Below, one piece after another: positions 1-8,618 of a stretch of 64,000 nucleotides of DNA. Below the pieces are notes generated by a model, which saw nothing but the letters and a program-made list of their open reading frames with translations, searched no databases and was not told the origin of the DNA. Position 1 is the first letter of the stretch, and each line of letters starts with the position of its first letter. The stretch lies in sequence record MZ574431.2; one strand, written 5' to 3'. Both the position numbers and the translations under genes were made by a program.

Positions 1-376
1 ACTGCTTGCGCACCTTGGTGCGGATCGGCTTGCGCTTGACGCCGTCATGGCTGTCGTGGTGGAAGGTGTAGAGCCACGTCACCATCCCCGGCGTCTCGCT
101 GGGGACCCGCATGTCCTTGCGACGCAGCGGGAACTTTGGCGGCTCGATCCGCGTCCAGCGATCGTCGAAAGGGATCGCCGGCTCAAAGGTCTTGGGACCA
201 CCCTCGGGAGGGCTCTCGCGGCCGATCTTGACCCCGGATGGATCGAAAAAGGCCACGTCCATCAGAACGTCGTCGCCGCACCAGTAGGATTGACGCACCT
301 TGCCGATGGTGATGTTGCCGTCGTGGACCTCGGCGACCCAGTCGCCTTGGACGATCGGCAGTACCTTCTCGGTCAT
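1..376 (-). CDS. hypothetical protein, partial (runs off left edge)
   Basis: Not in ORF track. Manual translation MTEKVLPIVQGDWVAEVHDG... is open to the window edge; AGGAG SD 10 nt upstream; follows the promoter at 410-451. Confidence 0.8.
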   Translation of the reverse strand, partial: MTEKVLPIVQGDWVAEVHDGNITIGKVRQSYWCGDDVLMDVAFFDPSGVKIGRESPPEGGPKTFEPAIPFDDRWTRIEPPKFPLRRKDMRVPSETPGMVTWLYTFHHDSHDGVKRKPIRTKVRKQ

Positions 377-409
377 GATGCGGGTGCTCCTGCGGTGGAA
401 GTTGCGGGT

Positions 410-451
410 CTTCTATGTCACGAAAAGTGACATGTCAACTCATTTCTTGCA
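410..451 (-). promoter_or_regulatory. conserved phage promoter (minus-strand copy)
   Basis: TGCAAGAAATGAG-TTGACA, 17-nt palindromic spacer (TGTCAC-TTTTC-GTGACA), TAGAAG. Confidence 0.85.
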
Positions 452-601
452 CAGTTGCCCGGCCACATAGACCGCCACGCCAACGCCCAGCAGGCCCCAG
501 ATGAGGGTCGAGCCATGCAGCACGATACGCGAGTGGGACACGTAATAGACGAGGCCAATGGCGATAATAGCGGCAATCACCAAGCCAAACCTGCTGTTCA
601 T
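440..601 (-). CDS. small membrane protein, 53 aa, two predicted TM helices
   Basis: Below ORF-track cutoff: MNSRFGLVIAAIIAIGLVYYVSHSRIVLHGSTLIWGLLGVGVAVYVAGQLCKK. AGGAG SD; stop lies inside the promoter motif. Confidence 0.8.
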   Translation of the reverse strand: MNSRFGLVIAAIIAIGLVYYVSHSRIVLHGSTLIWGLLGVGVAVYVAGQLCKK

Positions 602-695
602 GCAATCTCCTGAAACCGATGGGGCGTAAGGCCGTTGAGCCCTGCATTACCCGTTGGTGGACCAGTCCACTGAAAATTGTGTGTGACGTGGATCG

Positions 696-740
696 TGACC
701 CTTGTCAACGTCCGCGTCCTGTGTCTAGGTAAGAGGGTCA
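696..740. promoter_or_regulatory. putative divergent promoter site
   Basis: TTGTCAA at 702-708 reads TTGTCA on + (TAGGTA 18 nt later) and TTGACA on -; flanked by inverted repeat TGACCCT/AGGGTCA. Confidence 0.45.
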
Positions 741-744
741 AGGG

Positions 745-1212
745 ATGCAGGCGTCAATGAGTCGATACACGAGCCTTTTTCAAGAGGCGGCCAAGGTGGT
801 CGACGAAACAGAGCAGCACCCAGGTCAGTCGATTCCCGGCTACTGGGAAATGTCCGATGAGACCTCATGGCCCGTCCTCATCGGCGTGATCATGAGCAAC
901 GCCATCAATGAGGTCTGCCGTAGGCAGCCAGATTGCGTGTTCGAGCACGCCCTGGAGCGCCTTGTCGAGGTGACATCAGGCGTGCCGATGGTCGTCAAGG
1001 GCGATCCGGCCCAGATCGCGGCCAATCGACTGCGGCTGGCGGCCCAGGCGAATTTCGAGCGGGTTGAAACCGCCGTCGAGCGCTTGACCCGTCTGGCCTC
1101 CCTGGCGGCCGGCGAGTTGAAGAAGCTAGCCCCAAACGACGTCGAGTTGGAAAGACTCGCCAAGGACATTCGCGTGGCCATCGGCGACGCAAAGCATGTG
1201 AGGTTGCAGTGA
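745..1212 (+). CDS. hypothetical protein
   Basis: First + strand gene; GTGA overlap with next; start could be 757. Confidence 0.7.
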   Translation: MQASMSRYTSLFQEAAKVVDETEQHPGQSIPGYWEMSDETSWPVLIGVIMSNAINEVCRRQPDCVFEHALERLVEVTSGVPMVVKGDPAQIAANRLRLAAQANFERVETAVERLTRLASLAAGELKKLAPNDVELERLAKDIRVAIGDAKHVRLQ

Positions 1213-1784
1213 CGACGACGAAGGTGAAGTTCAAGGGCTCCAAGCGGTTGGAGCGCCGGCGGCAAGCTCGCCTGATCCAGGCGAGCGATCGGGCCAAGGC
1301 GGTCGTCAGCCCCTATAGCCGCGCGCAGCCGGTCAACAGGCCGTCCCTGCGGCACTTGGACAGCATACCGTCGGTGACGTCCCTGTCGGGTATTCTCGAA
1401 AAGCGCGCCAAGCCCTCACCAACGCCGTTCTACAAGGACCTGCACTGGGTGTCGCCGGCCAAGGATGGCGCCGCCGCCATGGCCATGAAGGTCACCGAGA
1501 TGCCCAAGCCCCATCTCCTGGCGGCGATCAGCCACGAGCGGGACAAGCGCATTGCCTTCACGCGGATGGCGAGCGCATCATACCCAACCGCGATGAACAA
1601 GGAGGCGCGCACCCGCGCCCAGAAAGCCGCCGCCATCCATTGTGCGTGGCTGGTCTGCCTTGAAGCCGAGGCCATGCGCCGCGACCCCTCCTACCAGCAG
1701 TTCATCACCCAGAAGGGTCTTAGCCTGACCCAACCCACGCCGGCGGAGATCGCCGCGCTGCCGTCCGTCTTCGTGGGCTCCTAA
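1209..1784 (+). CDS. hypothetical protein
   Basis: Coupled to upstream gene; GC3-rich codons. Confidence 0.75.
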   Translation: MTTTKVKFKGSKRLERRRQARLIQASDRAKAVVSPYSRAQPVNRPSLRHLDSIPSVTSLSGILEKRAKPSPTPFYKDLHWVSPAKDGAAAMAMKVTEMPKPHLLAAISHERDKRIAFTRMASASYPTAMNKEARTRAQKAAAIHCAWLVCLEAEAMRRDPSYQQFITQKGLSLTQPTPAEIAALPSVFVGS

Positions 1785-1789
1785 AGCCC

Positions 1790-2839
1790 ATGATGTTCGT
1801 CACCCGCTATCGCGTGCCCTCGGGCCGGACCAAGATCACCCAGTGCTTTGCTGATTCGCCTGAACACCTCCAGGAGGTGATCAAGGCCAGGGGCATGGAT
1901 GAGGTCGTCGACGACTCCGGGGTCAAGGTCGCCAAGCCGAAGCTGCCCAGCCAGTGGCTGGACCAGAAGCAGTACGCCAAGGCGATGCACGCCCTCAACT
2001 GGGTGGCGATGGTGGGTGTCCAGGCTGGCGTCGTCAGCGCCTGGGACCTGCTCAACAACGAAGGCGTGCTCCATGAGATGGCGCATCTCATTGAGTATGT
2101 CGGCGACCAGCCCAAGTGGCCTTACGGGTATGGTTTGGGCCGTGGCAAGAGCATCTTCGGGCTCGACGGCAGCTACGATCCCTACCTTGAAACCCATCTG
2201 GCCAAGGTCAAGCGCCTCTGCAAGGACCTCGAAGCCAAGGTCCCTGGCGTGGTGGATCACGAGGAACCGCAAGACCCCAAGCCCGCGCCGTTCGAGGGCT
2301 TGCTGTTCAGCGACTACAAGGCGCTGGAGCAACGCGCCATCGCCATGATGATGGAGCAGATCAAAACCAAGCCGCTCCAGGTCGATGAGTTGCGTGTGGT
2401 CTATGACGAATATTTCGACAGCAAGCCTAGGGCCGAGCGTCGCAAGCCCATCGACGCCAAGGTGAAGGCGCCATCCGAGAAGTCGCGCGACTTCGATCGC
2501 CAGCGTCGCGAGCAGTCGCAGGCCGCCAAGGATCGCAAGGCTGATCTGGTCGCCAAGCTCAAGGCCAAGGCGCCGCCGAAAGAGGAGGCTCCCAAGCCGC
2601 CGCAAACGCCCGAGGCCGAAGCCGCGATAAACCACATCATCAAGGCCGAAGAGACGATGAGCCAGATCATCAAGGCCTACGCCAAGGAATTCGATGATGG
2701 CTTCATGCGCAATCTGATCGTCGCGAAGCCTCCCGAGTCGCCTCTCTTCCCACCGGTCCGCCTCCCGGTCCAGGTCAAGCTCGACAAGGGCGAAACCGTC
2801 ATACCCCGTATCTCTCGCCATTCCCTGAATCTGCCCTAG
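1790..2839 (+). CDS. HExxH-motif protein, paralog of 4580-5110, with charged C-terminal extension
   Basis: LHEMAHLI motif and flanks shared with 4580-5110. Confidence 0.75.
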   Translation: MMFVTRYRVPSGRTKITQCFADSPEHLQEVIKARGMDEVVDDSGVKVAKPKLPSQWLDQKQYAKAMHALNWVAMVGVQAGVVSAWDLLNNEGVLHEMAHLIEYVGDQPKWPYGYGLGRGKSIFGLDGSYDPYLETHLAKVKRLCKDLEAKVPGVVDHEEPQDPKPAPFEGLLFSDYKALEQRAIAMMMEQIKTKPLQVDELRVVYDEYFDSKPRAERRKPIDAKVKAPSEKSRDFDRQRREQSQAAKDRKADLVAKLKAKAPPKEEAPKPPQTPEAEAAINHIIKAEETMSQIIKAYAKEFDDGFMRNLIVAKPPESPLFPPVRLPVQVKLDKGETVIPRISRHSLNLP

Positions 2840-2850
2840 GTAGCTTTCCC

Positions 2851-3360
2851 GTGCCCCTCAAGTTTGACCTGCCCAGTCCGATCCAGAACGACCGCTGCGG
2901 CTGCTATGGCCAATGGCGTGATGAAGACCAATGGGTCAGCGGCTTCGTGACCGCGTTCAACGGCTCGGTGGCGTCGATCACGACCGACCAGGGCGTTGAA
3001 CTCAAGGTTCCCGCCCGGCGGATGACCTGGAAGAAGAACCGCAGCGAATGGGCGGTCTGGTCGCCTCAGATCGACGCCATCGCCCAGGCGGCCTTCCACG
3101 CCCGGTCGGGGGATGGTCGCTCCAGGCATAACCGCCGGCTCGTCCCTGGCGAGTACGTGCGCTGCCAGATTGGAGAACGGCTGGTGGGCGGCTTTGTGTG
3201 TGGCGTGCTGATCGATGGCTTCATGGTCACCATCCCGGTCGAGAAGACCCTGGTTCCCGAGGCGGGCGTCAACACTGTCGTGATTTCGTCCGACATGCTA
3301 AGCTATGATGGTGATCGCCAGTGCTGGCAGGCCCGCCACCGCAAGGTCAAGCCGCAATGA
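2851..3360 (+). CDS. hypothetical protein
   Basis: Packed gene, ATGA overlap with next. Confidence 0.7.
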   Translation: MPLKFDLPSPIQNDRCGCYGQWRDEDQWVSGFVTAFNGSVASITTDQGVELKVPARRMTWKKNRSEWAVWSPQIDAIAQAAFHARSGDGRSRHNRRLVPGEYVRCQIGERLVGGFVCGVLIDGFMVTIPVEKTLVPEAGVNTVVISSDMLSYDGDRQCWQARHRKVKPQ

Positions 3361-3527
3361 GTCGGGAGGACGCCGTCAAGGTCGCCGAGGCGGTGAACGC
3401 CATCGGTGATGTCGGCTTCTACCGTTCAGAGACCATGGCGAGGCTACGCAAAGCCTTTCCAGAGCACGTCGATGTCCTCGTGCTCGATTATCCGACCGGA
3501 CGCCAGGAAAGGAGGGCGACGGCATGA
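3357..3527 (+). CDS. hypothetical protein
   Basis: ATGA overlaps at both ends. Confidence 0.65.
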   Translation: MSREDAVKVAEAVNAIGDVGFYRSETMARLRKAFPEHVDVLVLDYPTGRQERRATA

Positions 3528-4114
3528 GCCATCCCGACGACGCCATCCTCTGGAAGGTCCGCGCGCCGCGCCTGCTGGACCATGTGCCCAGGCCCTGGAT
3601 TGCCGACGCGGTCCAGTCGATCCGCGCCGAGTTCGGCGCCGGCCGCCGCATCCACCAGCGCCCTGAGATCACGTCCTTCCACCCGTTCGTGCGCGATCGC
3701 GGCCCCAAGGACGATGACTTCGGGGTCAATCCCGGCATGTCGCTGATCGTGACCAAGGGGCCAGCCCAGTACCATACCGACGGCAGCTTCCCGAGGTTCT
3801 TCTATCTCCTCATCCTCCATTCGCGCAGCTACTGCGTCGATGGCGGCATGTGGCCAGAGCCGTTCGAAGCTGACCAGCCGGGCGACCTCATCTGCCTGGA
3901 TAGCCACCGCCATCATGGGCTTCGCGCCTCCTGGCACGAGGGTCCCGAGGACCTTCAGCCTGAGGCGTGTCGCACCGATCGGGTCATCCCCAACTTCTGG
4001 CTGGCCCTGTCGATGGAGTCCTGGGCATCCTGGACGCCCGAGCAGACCATCACCGCCTACGACCGTGGGCTCAAGCACAACAAGGCGCTGATCTCCGCAA
4101 AGGAATACGCATGA
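3524..4114 (+). CDS. putative 2OG-Fe(II) dioxygenase/cupin-like protein
   Basis: HxD (YHTDG) plus distal His (PGDLICLDSHRHHGL), the pattern of the facial triad. Confidence 0.5.
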   Translation: MSHPDDAILWKVRAPRLLDHVPRPWIADAVQSIRAEFGAGRRIHQRPEITSFHPFVRDRGPKDDDFGVNPGMSLIVTKGPAQYHTDGSFPRFFYLLILHSRSYCVDGGMWPEPFEADQPGDLICLDSHRHHGLRASWHEGPEDLQPEACRTDRVIPNFWLALSMESWASWTPEQTITAYDRGLKHNKALISAKEYA

Positions 4115-4569
4115 AGGATCACTTCTCCCGCATCCAGCCGACGACCATCCAGGACGCCGTCGACCTGATCTACTCGTGGATGGACGAGCAGGACAAGCTG
4201 GCCGCCCAGTCCAACGCCGCCTACCTCCACCATGGCCTGATGCGCCACGTGCGCAACGAATGGCAGTTGTGGGACACCTCGACCGCGATCGTCCGCCACG
4301 CCAAGTCCGTTTACGGCATCGAGCATGGCGACGACGTCTCCGGCATGATCCAGGGCGGGCTGCTGGCTAAGATCAAGGGCGAGACCTTCGACTACGATGC
4401 GGAGGCTCGCCGCTATCGCGATCACTGGGCGCGCTACGGCGGGGAGGACGACGGTGACCCGCTCCTGCCGCCGGCCGCGCTCATTACCCCCTCCAGCGCC
4501 CGCCCCAATGTCCAGGAGGCGCCGCGCAAGCGGGGCATCCTGAGCCGCCTGGGCGATCTCTTCAGCTAA
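4111..4569 (+). CDS. DUF6794-like protein
   Basis: LHHGLMRHVRNEWQLW...HGDDVSGMI resembles DUF6794 (recalled, not searched); ATGA overlap gives the start. Confidence 0.55.
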   Translation: MKDHFSRIQPTTIQDAVDLIYSWMDEQDKLAAQSNAAYLHHGLMRHVRNEWQLWDTSTAIVRHAKSVYGIEHGDDVSGMIQGGLLAKIKGETFDYDAEARRYRDHWARYGGEDDGDPLLPPAALITPSSARPNVQEAPRKRGILSRLGDLFS

Positions 4570-4579
4570 GGACCCCACC

Positions 4580-5110
4580 ATGACCGAGACCACCGTGGCC
4601 GAGAAGGCCCCCGAGACCGAAGTCGCCCAGGCCGCCGAGCCCGCGCGCAATCCGAACCTGCCGCTGCTGTTCCACACCGAGTACATCTCGGGCGGACGCA
4701 AGTTCGGCGGCTTGATCGAGGCCGAGGACATGGGCCACGCCCAGCTTCTGGCCGCGCGTCGCAATCTCAACGAGCGCATCATCAGCCAGGGCTTCCAAGT
4801 CGCCGATCCGGGCGTGGGTCACTTCGGATACCACCTCGCCGAAGGCGATTACGTCGCCGCCCTGCACGACGCCACCTACATGACCTATCTGGGCATGGAA
4901 GCCGGCGTCATCACGCCGCGCGAAGCCCTGGGCGATCGTGGGCTGCTGCACGAGATGGCTCATCTGATCCAGGAAGGCGACGACCGTCATCCCGAGGACC
5001 CCGAGAGCCGTCTGCTGCGCCTGCGTGGCATGTGGAAGGACCTGTCGGGCCGCGTGCCGGGCTTCCCGCTGGCCACGCTCGACGCCTACTATCGCCGGGA
5101 CCTCGCGTGA
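4580..5110 (+). CDS. HExxH-motif protein, paralog of 1790-2839
   Basis: LLHEMAHLI; AAGGA SD. Confidence 0.75.
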   Translation: MTETTVAEKAPETEVAQAAEPARNPNLPLLFHTEYISGGRKFGGLIEAEDMGHAQLLAARRNLNERIISQGFQVADPGVGHFGYHLAEGDYVAALHDATYMTYLGMEAGVITPREALGDRGLLHEMAHLIQEGDDRHPEDPESRLLRLRGMWKDLSGRVPGFPLATLDAYYRRDLA

Positions 5111-5424
5111 CCGAGACCATCGTCAGCCAGGACGCGTTCGTCCACGCCTCCACTGACCAGCGCTGCATCCGCCGTGACCATGTTCACGGCGGGTGGGCCG
5201 CGCGCAGCGCCAGTGGCATCGAGAAGAACTTCCCCGACTACTTCGCCGCCTGCAAGTATGCCGGCCTGACGCCGCTCGCCGGCGCCGACAAGGATGGCCG
5301 CGTTCCCACGCCAGAGGTCGACCCACGCTCGGCGCAAGGATGCGCGCTTCGTTTTGAGAACGTCGTGCCCTTCCGAGGCGCGCCGGTCATTCCTGAAGAC
5401 CCGCTCGTGAGGACCGACGGCTGA
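5107..5424 (+). CDS. hypothetical protein
   Basis: GTGA overlap start. Confidence 0.65.
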   Translation: MTETIVSQDAFVHASTDQRCIRRDHVHGGWAARSASGIEKNFPDYFAACKYAGLTPLAGADKDGRVPTPEVDPRSAQGCALRFENVVPFRGAPVIPEDPLVRTDG

Positions 5425-5708
5425 TGCCCCGCATCTTCTTCGACCCCGTCTCGCTCGATGACGTCGCAGAGTTGGGCTATCGAGCCCAGTTCTATGGACG
5501 TGACGGTGTCAGGTCCTACGGGACGACGACGCGACCGGCGAGCGACGGCGAAGCCGGAGAGAGGTGGGACGCGAAGACCGTCACCAAGACCATCGAGAAG
5601 GCCTATAACACCCAGACCTATGTCGAGGAAGAGGTGCGCCCGCTGCGATCACGCGCCGAGGCTGACGAACTGATGGAAGCGTTCCTGACTGGACGTCTTG
5701 ATCGTTGA
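5424..5708 (+). CDS. hypothetical protein
   Basis: TGATG coupling. Confidence 0.7.
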   Translation: MPRIFFDPVSLDDVAELGYRAQFYGRDGVRSYGTTTRPASDGEAGERWDAKTVTKTIEKAYNTQTYVEEEVRPLRSRAEADELMEAFLTGRLDR

Positions 5709-6645
5709 CACGGTGACGCGAGCCGTGGCACGTAAGGCCATGGATCAGATCACCGAGATCGCGCCGCATCTGCGCGGCTATGGCTGGGCGCCGGGCGACT
5801 ATTTCTCCCGCTGCCACGTCTGCGACCAGCAATTCATCGGCGACAAGCGCGCCATCAGTTGCCACCCCTGCGCGGTGGCCCGACACGAGGATTTGACGAC
5901 CTTGTTCACGTTGACGCCGGCCCAGCAGGAAGCTCTGCTCAAGATCGCGGCCTATCTGGACCTCGACGGCGTCTTCGCCGACTTCGACGAGGGCATCCGG
6001 CGCCTCGGGTTCAAGCCCGACCCCGAGTACAACAAGTCCAGCCACGAGATGGACGACGCCGCCCGCCTCTGGAAGGAGGGCATGTATCAGGTGATCCAGG
6101 GCACCAACTTCTACGAGACCCTGCCGCTCATGGAGCGCGCCGCCGATCTCTACAGACTGTTTGCACCCACCGACCCAATCTTCGTCACGGCGTCCCCGAA
6201 GTTCGGCTCGACCGAGGACACCTATCTGACCCACCCCTACTTCCTGGGCGCGGCCTACGCAAAGCGCCGCTGGGTCGAGGAGTGCCTGCTGCCGGCCGCT
6301 GCCTTGCCCCCAGGCGCGCCGGCCGGCGGCCAGTCGTTGCGCATCCGTATCGCCGATCGGAACTTCGTCTGCACGACCTCGTCGCGCAAGCAGGAGTTCA
6401 TGCACCGCAAGCACTCGCCCTATCAAGTCCTGGTCGATGACCGCGAGGCCAATTGCCGTGTCTGGGCTGAGTCGGGCGGGATCGCCATCCTGCACACCTC
6501 GGCCATGTCGACCTACCGGCTGCTCGTCAGTCTCCTGGATCAGATCATCGCCGGCGCCGAGCTTCAGCCCTCGATCCTGCGAACCGATTTTCCGCGTAGC
6601 CGCCAACCCAAGGTCGACGTCGCCCAACTGGTCGCGGGCCTCTAG
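5698..6645 (+). CDS. HAD-family 5'(3')-deoxyribonucleotidase-like protein with N-terminal CxxC...CxxC domain
   Basis: DLDGVFADF (HAD motif I) and VLVDDREAN (motif IV); N-terminal CHVC...CHPC. Start uncertain (5698-5740). Confidence 0.75.
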   Translation: MIVDTVTRAVARKAMDQITEIAPHLRGYGWAPGDYFSRCHVCDQQFIGDKRAISCHPCAVARHEDLTTLFTLTPAQQEALLKIAAYLDLDGVFADFDEGIRRLGFKPDPEYNKSSHEMDDAARLWKEGMYQVIQGTNFYETLPLMERAADLYRLFAPTDPIFVTASPKFGSTEDTYLTHPYFLGAAYAKRRWVEECLLPAAALPPGAPAGGQSLRIRIADRNFVCTTSSRKQEFMHRKHSPYQVLVDDREANCRVWAESGGIAILHTSAMSTYRLLVSLLDQIIAGAELQPSILRTDFPRSRQPKVDVAQLVAGL

Positions 6646-6647
6646 CG

Positions 6648-6899
6648 ATGACGCTAGCCGACGTCCTGGCCCTGACCGTGGCGATGTTGTTCGCCTCTGG
6701 TTTTGTCCTGATCTGGGCGTCGCTTATCACCATGGTGTTCGACGAACCCTTCGCTCGATTACTGGCTTTCGGCGGGATCGGTTCGTGGGTTGGGTCCTTG
6801 GCCTTGCTGCTCCTGTGCTGGAGCTTTGGTCTCTGGGCGCCGACCATGAATGGCGTGGAACAATGGGAGCCCAAGAACTATTGGGCCGAATGGTTCTAA
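6648..6899 (+). CDS. membrane protein
   Basis: Two hydrophobic segments. Confidence 0.6.
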   Translation: MTLADVLALTVAMLFASGFVLIWASLITMVFDEPFARLLAFGGIGSWVGSLALLLLCWSFGLWAPTMNGVEQWEPKNYWAEWF

Positions 6900-6910
6900 G
6901 GGAGGAACCG

Positions 6911-7162
6911 ATGGGTATGCACCTGGACAGCATCTGGCTTGTGATCTGGGCCATCGTGGGCGGAACCGGCATCACGCTGGCCGTCGTGTCGAAGAATTTC
7001 GCCACCAGCGTCTGGGGCGCGTCGATCGGTTTCTGCGCCGTGGCGTTCTTCTTCTGGAAGATCACGCTGATCGCCTCGGCGGCGGCGTTCGTCCTGGGAT
7101 CGCTGCTCTACGTGGCCGGCGAGTTCCACAACTTCCTCTCGCGCAGGGGGCTTATTCGCTGA
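6911..7162 (+). CDS. membrane protein
   Basis: GGAGG SD; about three hydrophobic segments. Confidence 0.75.
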   Translation: MGMHLDSIWLVIWAIVGGTGITLAVVSKNFATSVWGASIGFCAVAFFFWKITLIASAAAFVLGSLLYVAGEFHNFLSRRGLIR

Positions 7163-7497
7163 TGTCCAAGATCGTCCACTGGTACGGCATCAAACCCTGG
7201 ACAGGCCCCGAGGCGGACTATCGGATCGCCGACAATCTGCCGGCCGGCACCAAGGTCCTGACCGCGTGCATGCGGGAGGGCCGGCCCGTGCTCTATGTCG
7301 AGAAGGTCGTTGGCAAGGGCAATCCGGCCCAGGCCATGTACCAGAACCAAGTCGACGCTTTCTTCGTCGAGACCGGCAAGGAGTTCCTGGAGGTCCTGAC
7401 GCCGGGCGACCCGTTCAAATACGTCGCCACGATCCAGATCGAGCGACCCTCGGGGCTCTATTTCTACCATGTCTACGCAAGGGTCCTGGGTCTGTGA
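7162..7497 (+). CDS. hypothetical protein
   Basis: TGATG coupling. Confidence 0.7.
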   Translation: MSKIVHWYGIKPWTGPEADYRIADNLPAGTKVLTACMREGRPVLYVEKVVGKGNPAQAMYQNQVDAFFVETGKEFLEVLTPGDPFKYVATIQIERPSGLYFYHVYARVLGL

Positions 7498-7762
7498 AGT
7501 CCTCAACCGCCGAGATTACGGCGGTAAGATGCCCAAGGGCGCCAAGTCAGTAGACCGTAACACGCCCTACGGCAATCCCTTCCACATCTCGGCGACCATG
7601 AACCGAGACCAGTGCATCGACGCCTTCGAGGCCTGGGTGATGACCCAGCCTGATCTGATCGCCAGGGCGCGCCGAGAGCTTCGCGGCTACCATCTGGCGT
7701 GCTGGTGCGCGCCGCTGCGCTGCCACGCCGAGGTCTGGAAGAAATTATTGGTTACTTCGTGA
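7469..7762 (+). CDS. DUF4326 family protein
   Basis: DRNTPYGNPF...LRGYHLACWCAPLRCHAEV signature. Confidence 0.85.
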   Translation: MSTQGSWVCEVLNRRDYGGKMPKGAKSVDRNTPYGNPFHISATMNRDQCIDAFEAWVMTQPDLIARARRELRGYHLACWCAPLRCHAEVWKKLLVTS

Positions 7763-7806
7763 CGCCGTCGTTGACAGGCTACGCGAATCTGAGGACAAAT
7801 CGACGC

Positions 7807-8334
7807 ATGCTTTTGCACACACCTGCCATCCAGGCAGCATGGGCGTTCGCTCAGCTAGCCCATGCCGGCCAGAAGTACGGCGACGACGATTACGACGTCC
7901 ACGTCCGGGAAGTGGCGCTGACGCTTCAGGATCATGGCTATAGCCAGGAAAGCTGGATCATCAAGGGCCTGCTCCACGACTGCTTCGAGGACAACAGCAA
8001 CGTCACGCTGGAGATTCTGGTTGCCGGCTTCGGTGCAGATGTCGCCGAAGGGGTTGACACCTGCTCGGGGTTTGGAGAAACGCGCCTGGAGCGCGTGACC
8101 ATGATCGCCGAGAAGATGCGCCAGCGGCCTCGGCACATTCCCGTCAAAGTCGCTGACCGGATCGTGAACCTGCGCGCGGCGGCGAAGAACAAGTCCGTGC
8201 GCCACGCGCTGCTCTATCTGGGCGAGGCGGCCGGGTTCGACGAAATCGTTCGAGATCACGTGGGTGACACCATGTGGCTCGACCTGCAAGACGCCTACGC
8301 CGCCTGCGAGCGCATGGTCGGAGAGCACCATTGA
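7807..8334 (+). CDS. RelA/SpoT-type HD hydrolase (small alarmone hydrolase/Mesh1-like)
   Basis: AHAGQKY...H...GLLHDCFED...FGADVA...VKVADRIVNLR follows the HD_4 motif order. Confidence 0.85.
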   Translation: MLLHTPAIQAAWAFAQLAHAGQKYGDDDYDVHVREVALTLQDHGYSQESWIIKGLLHDCFEDNSNVTLEILVAGFGADVAEGVDTCSGFGETRLERVTMIAEKMRQRPRHIPVKVADRIVNLRAAAKNKSVRHALLYLGEAAGFDEIVRDHVGDTMWLDLQDAYAACERMVGEHH

Positions 8335-8618
8335 GCCATTCAAGCCTTGACGCCGCGTCCCTGGAAGCTTTCCAGAGCGGCTTCGACAACGCCGCCATCG
8401 ACGCCTTCGCCAACGTCCTGAAGGCCAAGATGGCGGAGTCGCGCGCCAAGGGCCGAGGCGGCTGGCACCGACCCGACGAGGTCAGCCAGCAGGCGCTCGT
8501 CGAAGCGCTGCGCCACCACCTCGACAAGGGCGATCCCCGTGACGTCGCCCTGTTCGCCATGATGCTCCACTACCACGGCTGGTCCACCAGCCTGGACGCC
8601 CCGAAAGAAGCTGCATGA
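8331..8618 (+). CDS. conserved phage protein with KGDPxDVA motif
   Basis: RAKGRGGW...HLDKGDPRDVALFAMMLH; TTGA overlap start. Confidence 0.65.
   Translation: MSHSSLDAASLEAFQSGFDNAAIDAFANVLKAKMAESRAKGRGGWHRPDEVSQQALVEALRHHLDKGDPRDVALFAMMLHYHGWSTSLDAPKEAA

Noticed and set aside
435-647. 70-aa minus-strand ORF in the track
   Set aside because: Another frame (440-601) has an AGGAG SD and a coherent two-TM product.
5705-5740. TTGACA with a small inverted repeat at a gene junction
   Set aside because: Lacks the upstream motif, and the nearest TA-type -10 is 22 nt away.
7771-7800. Intergenic TTGACA before the HD gene
   Set aside because: No upstream motif and no convincing -10; possible but unsupported.
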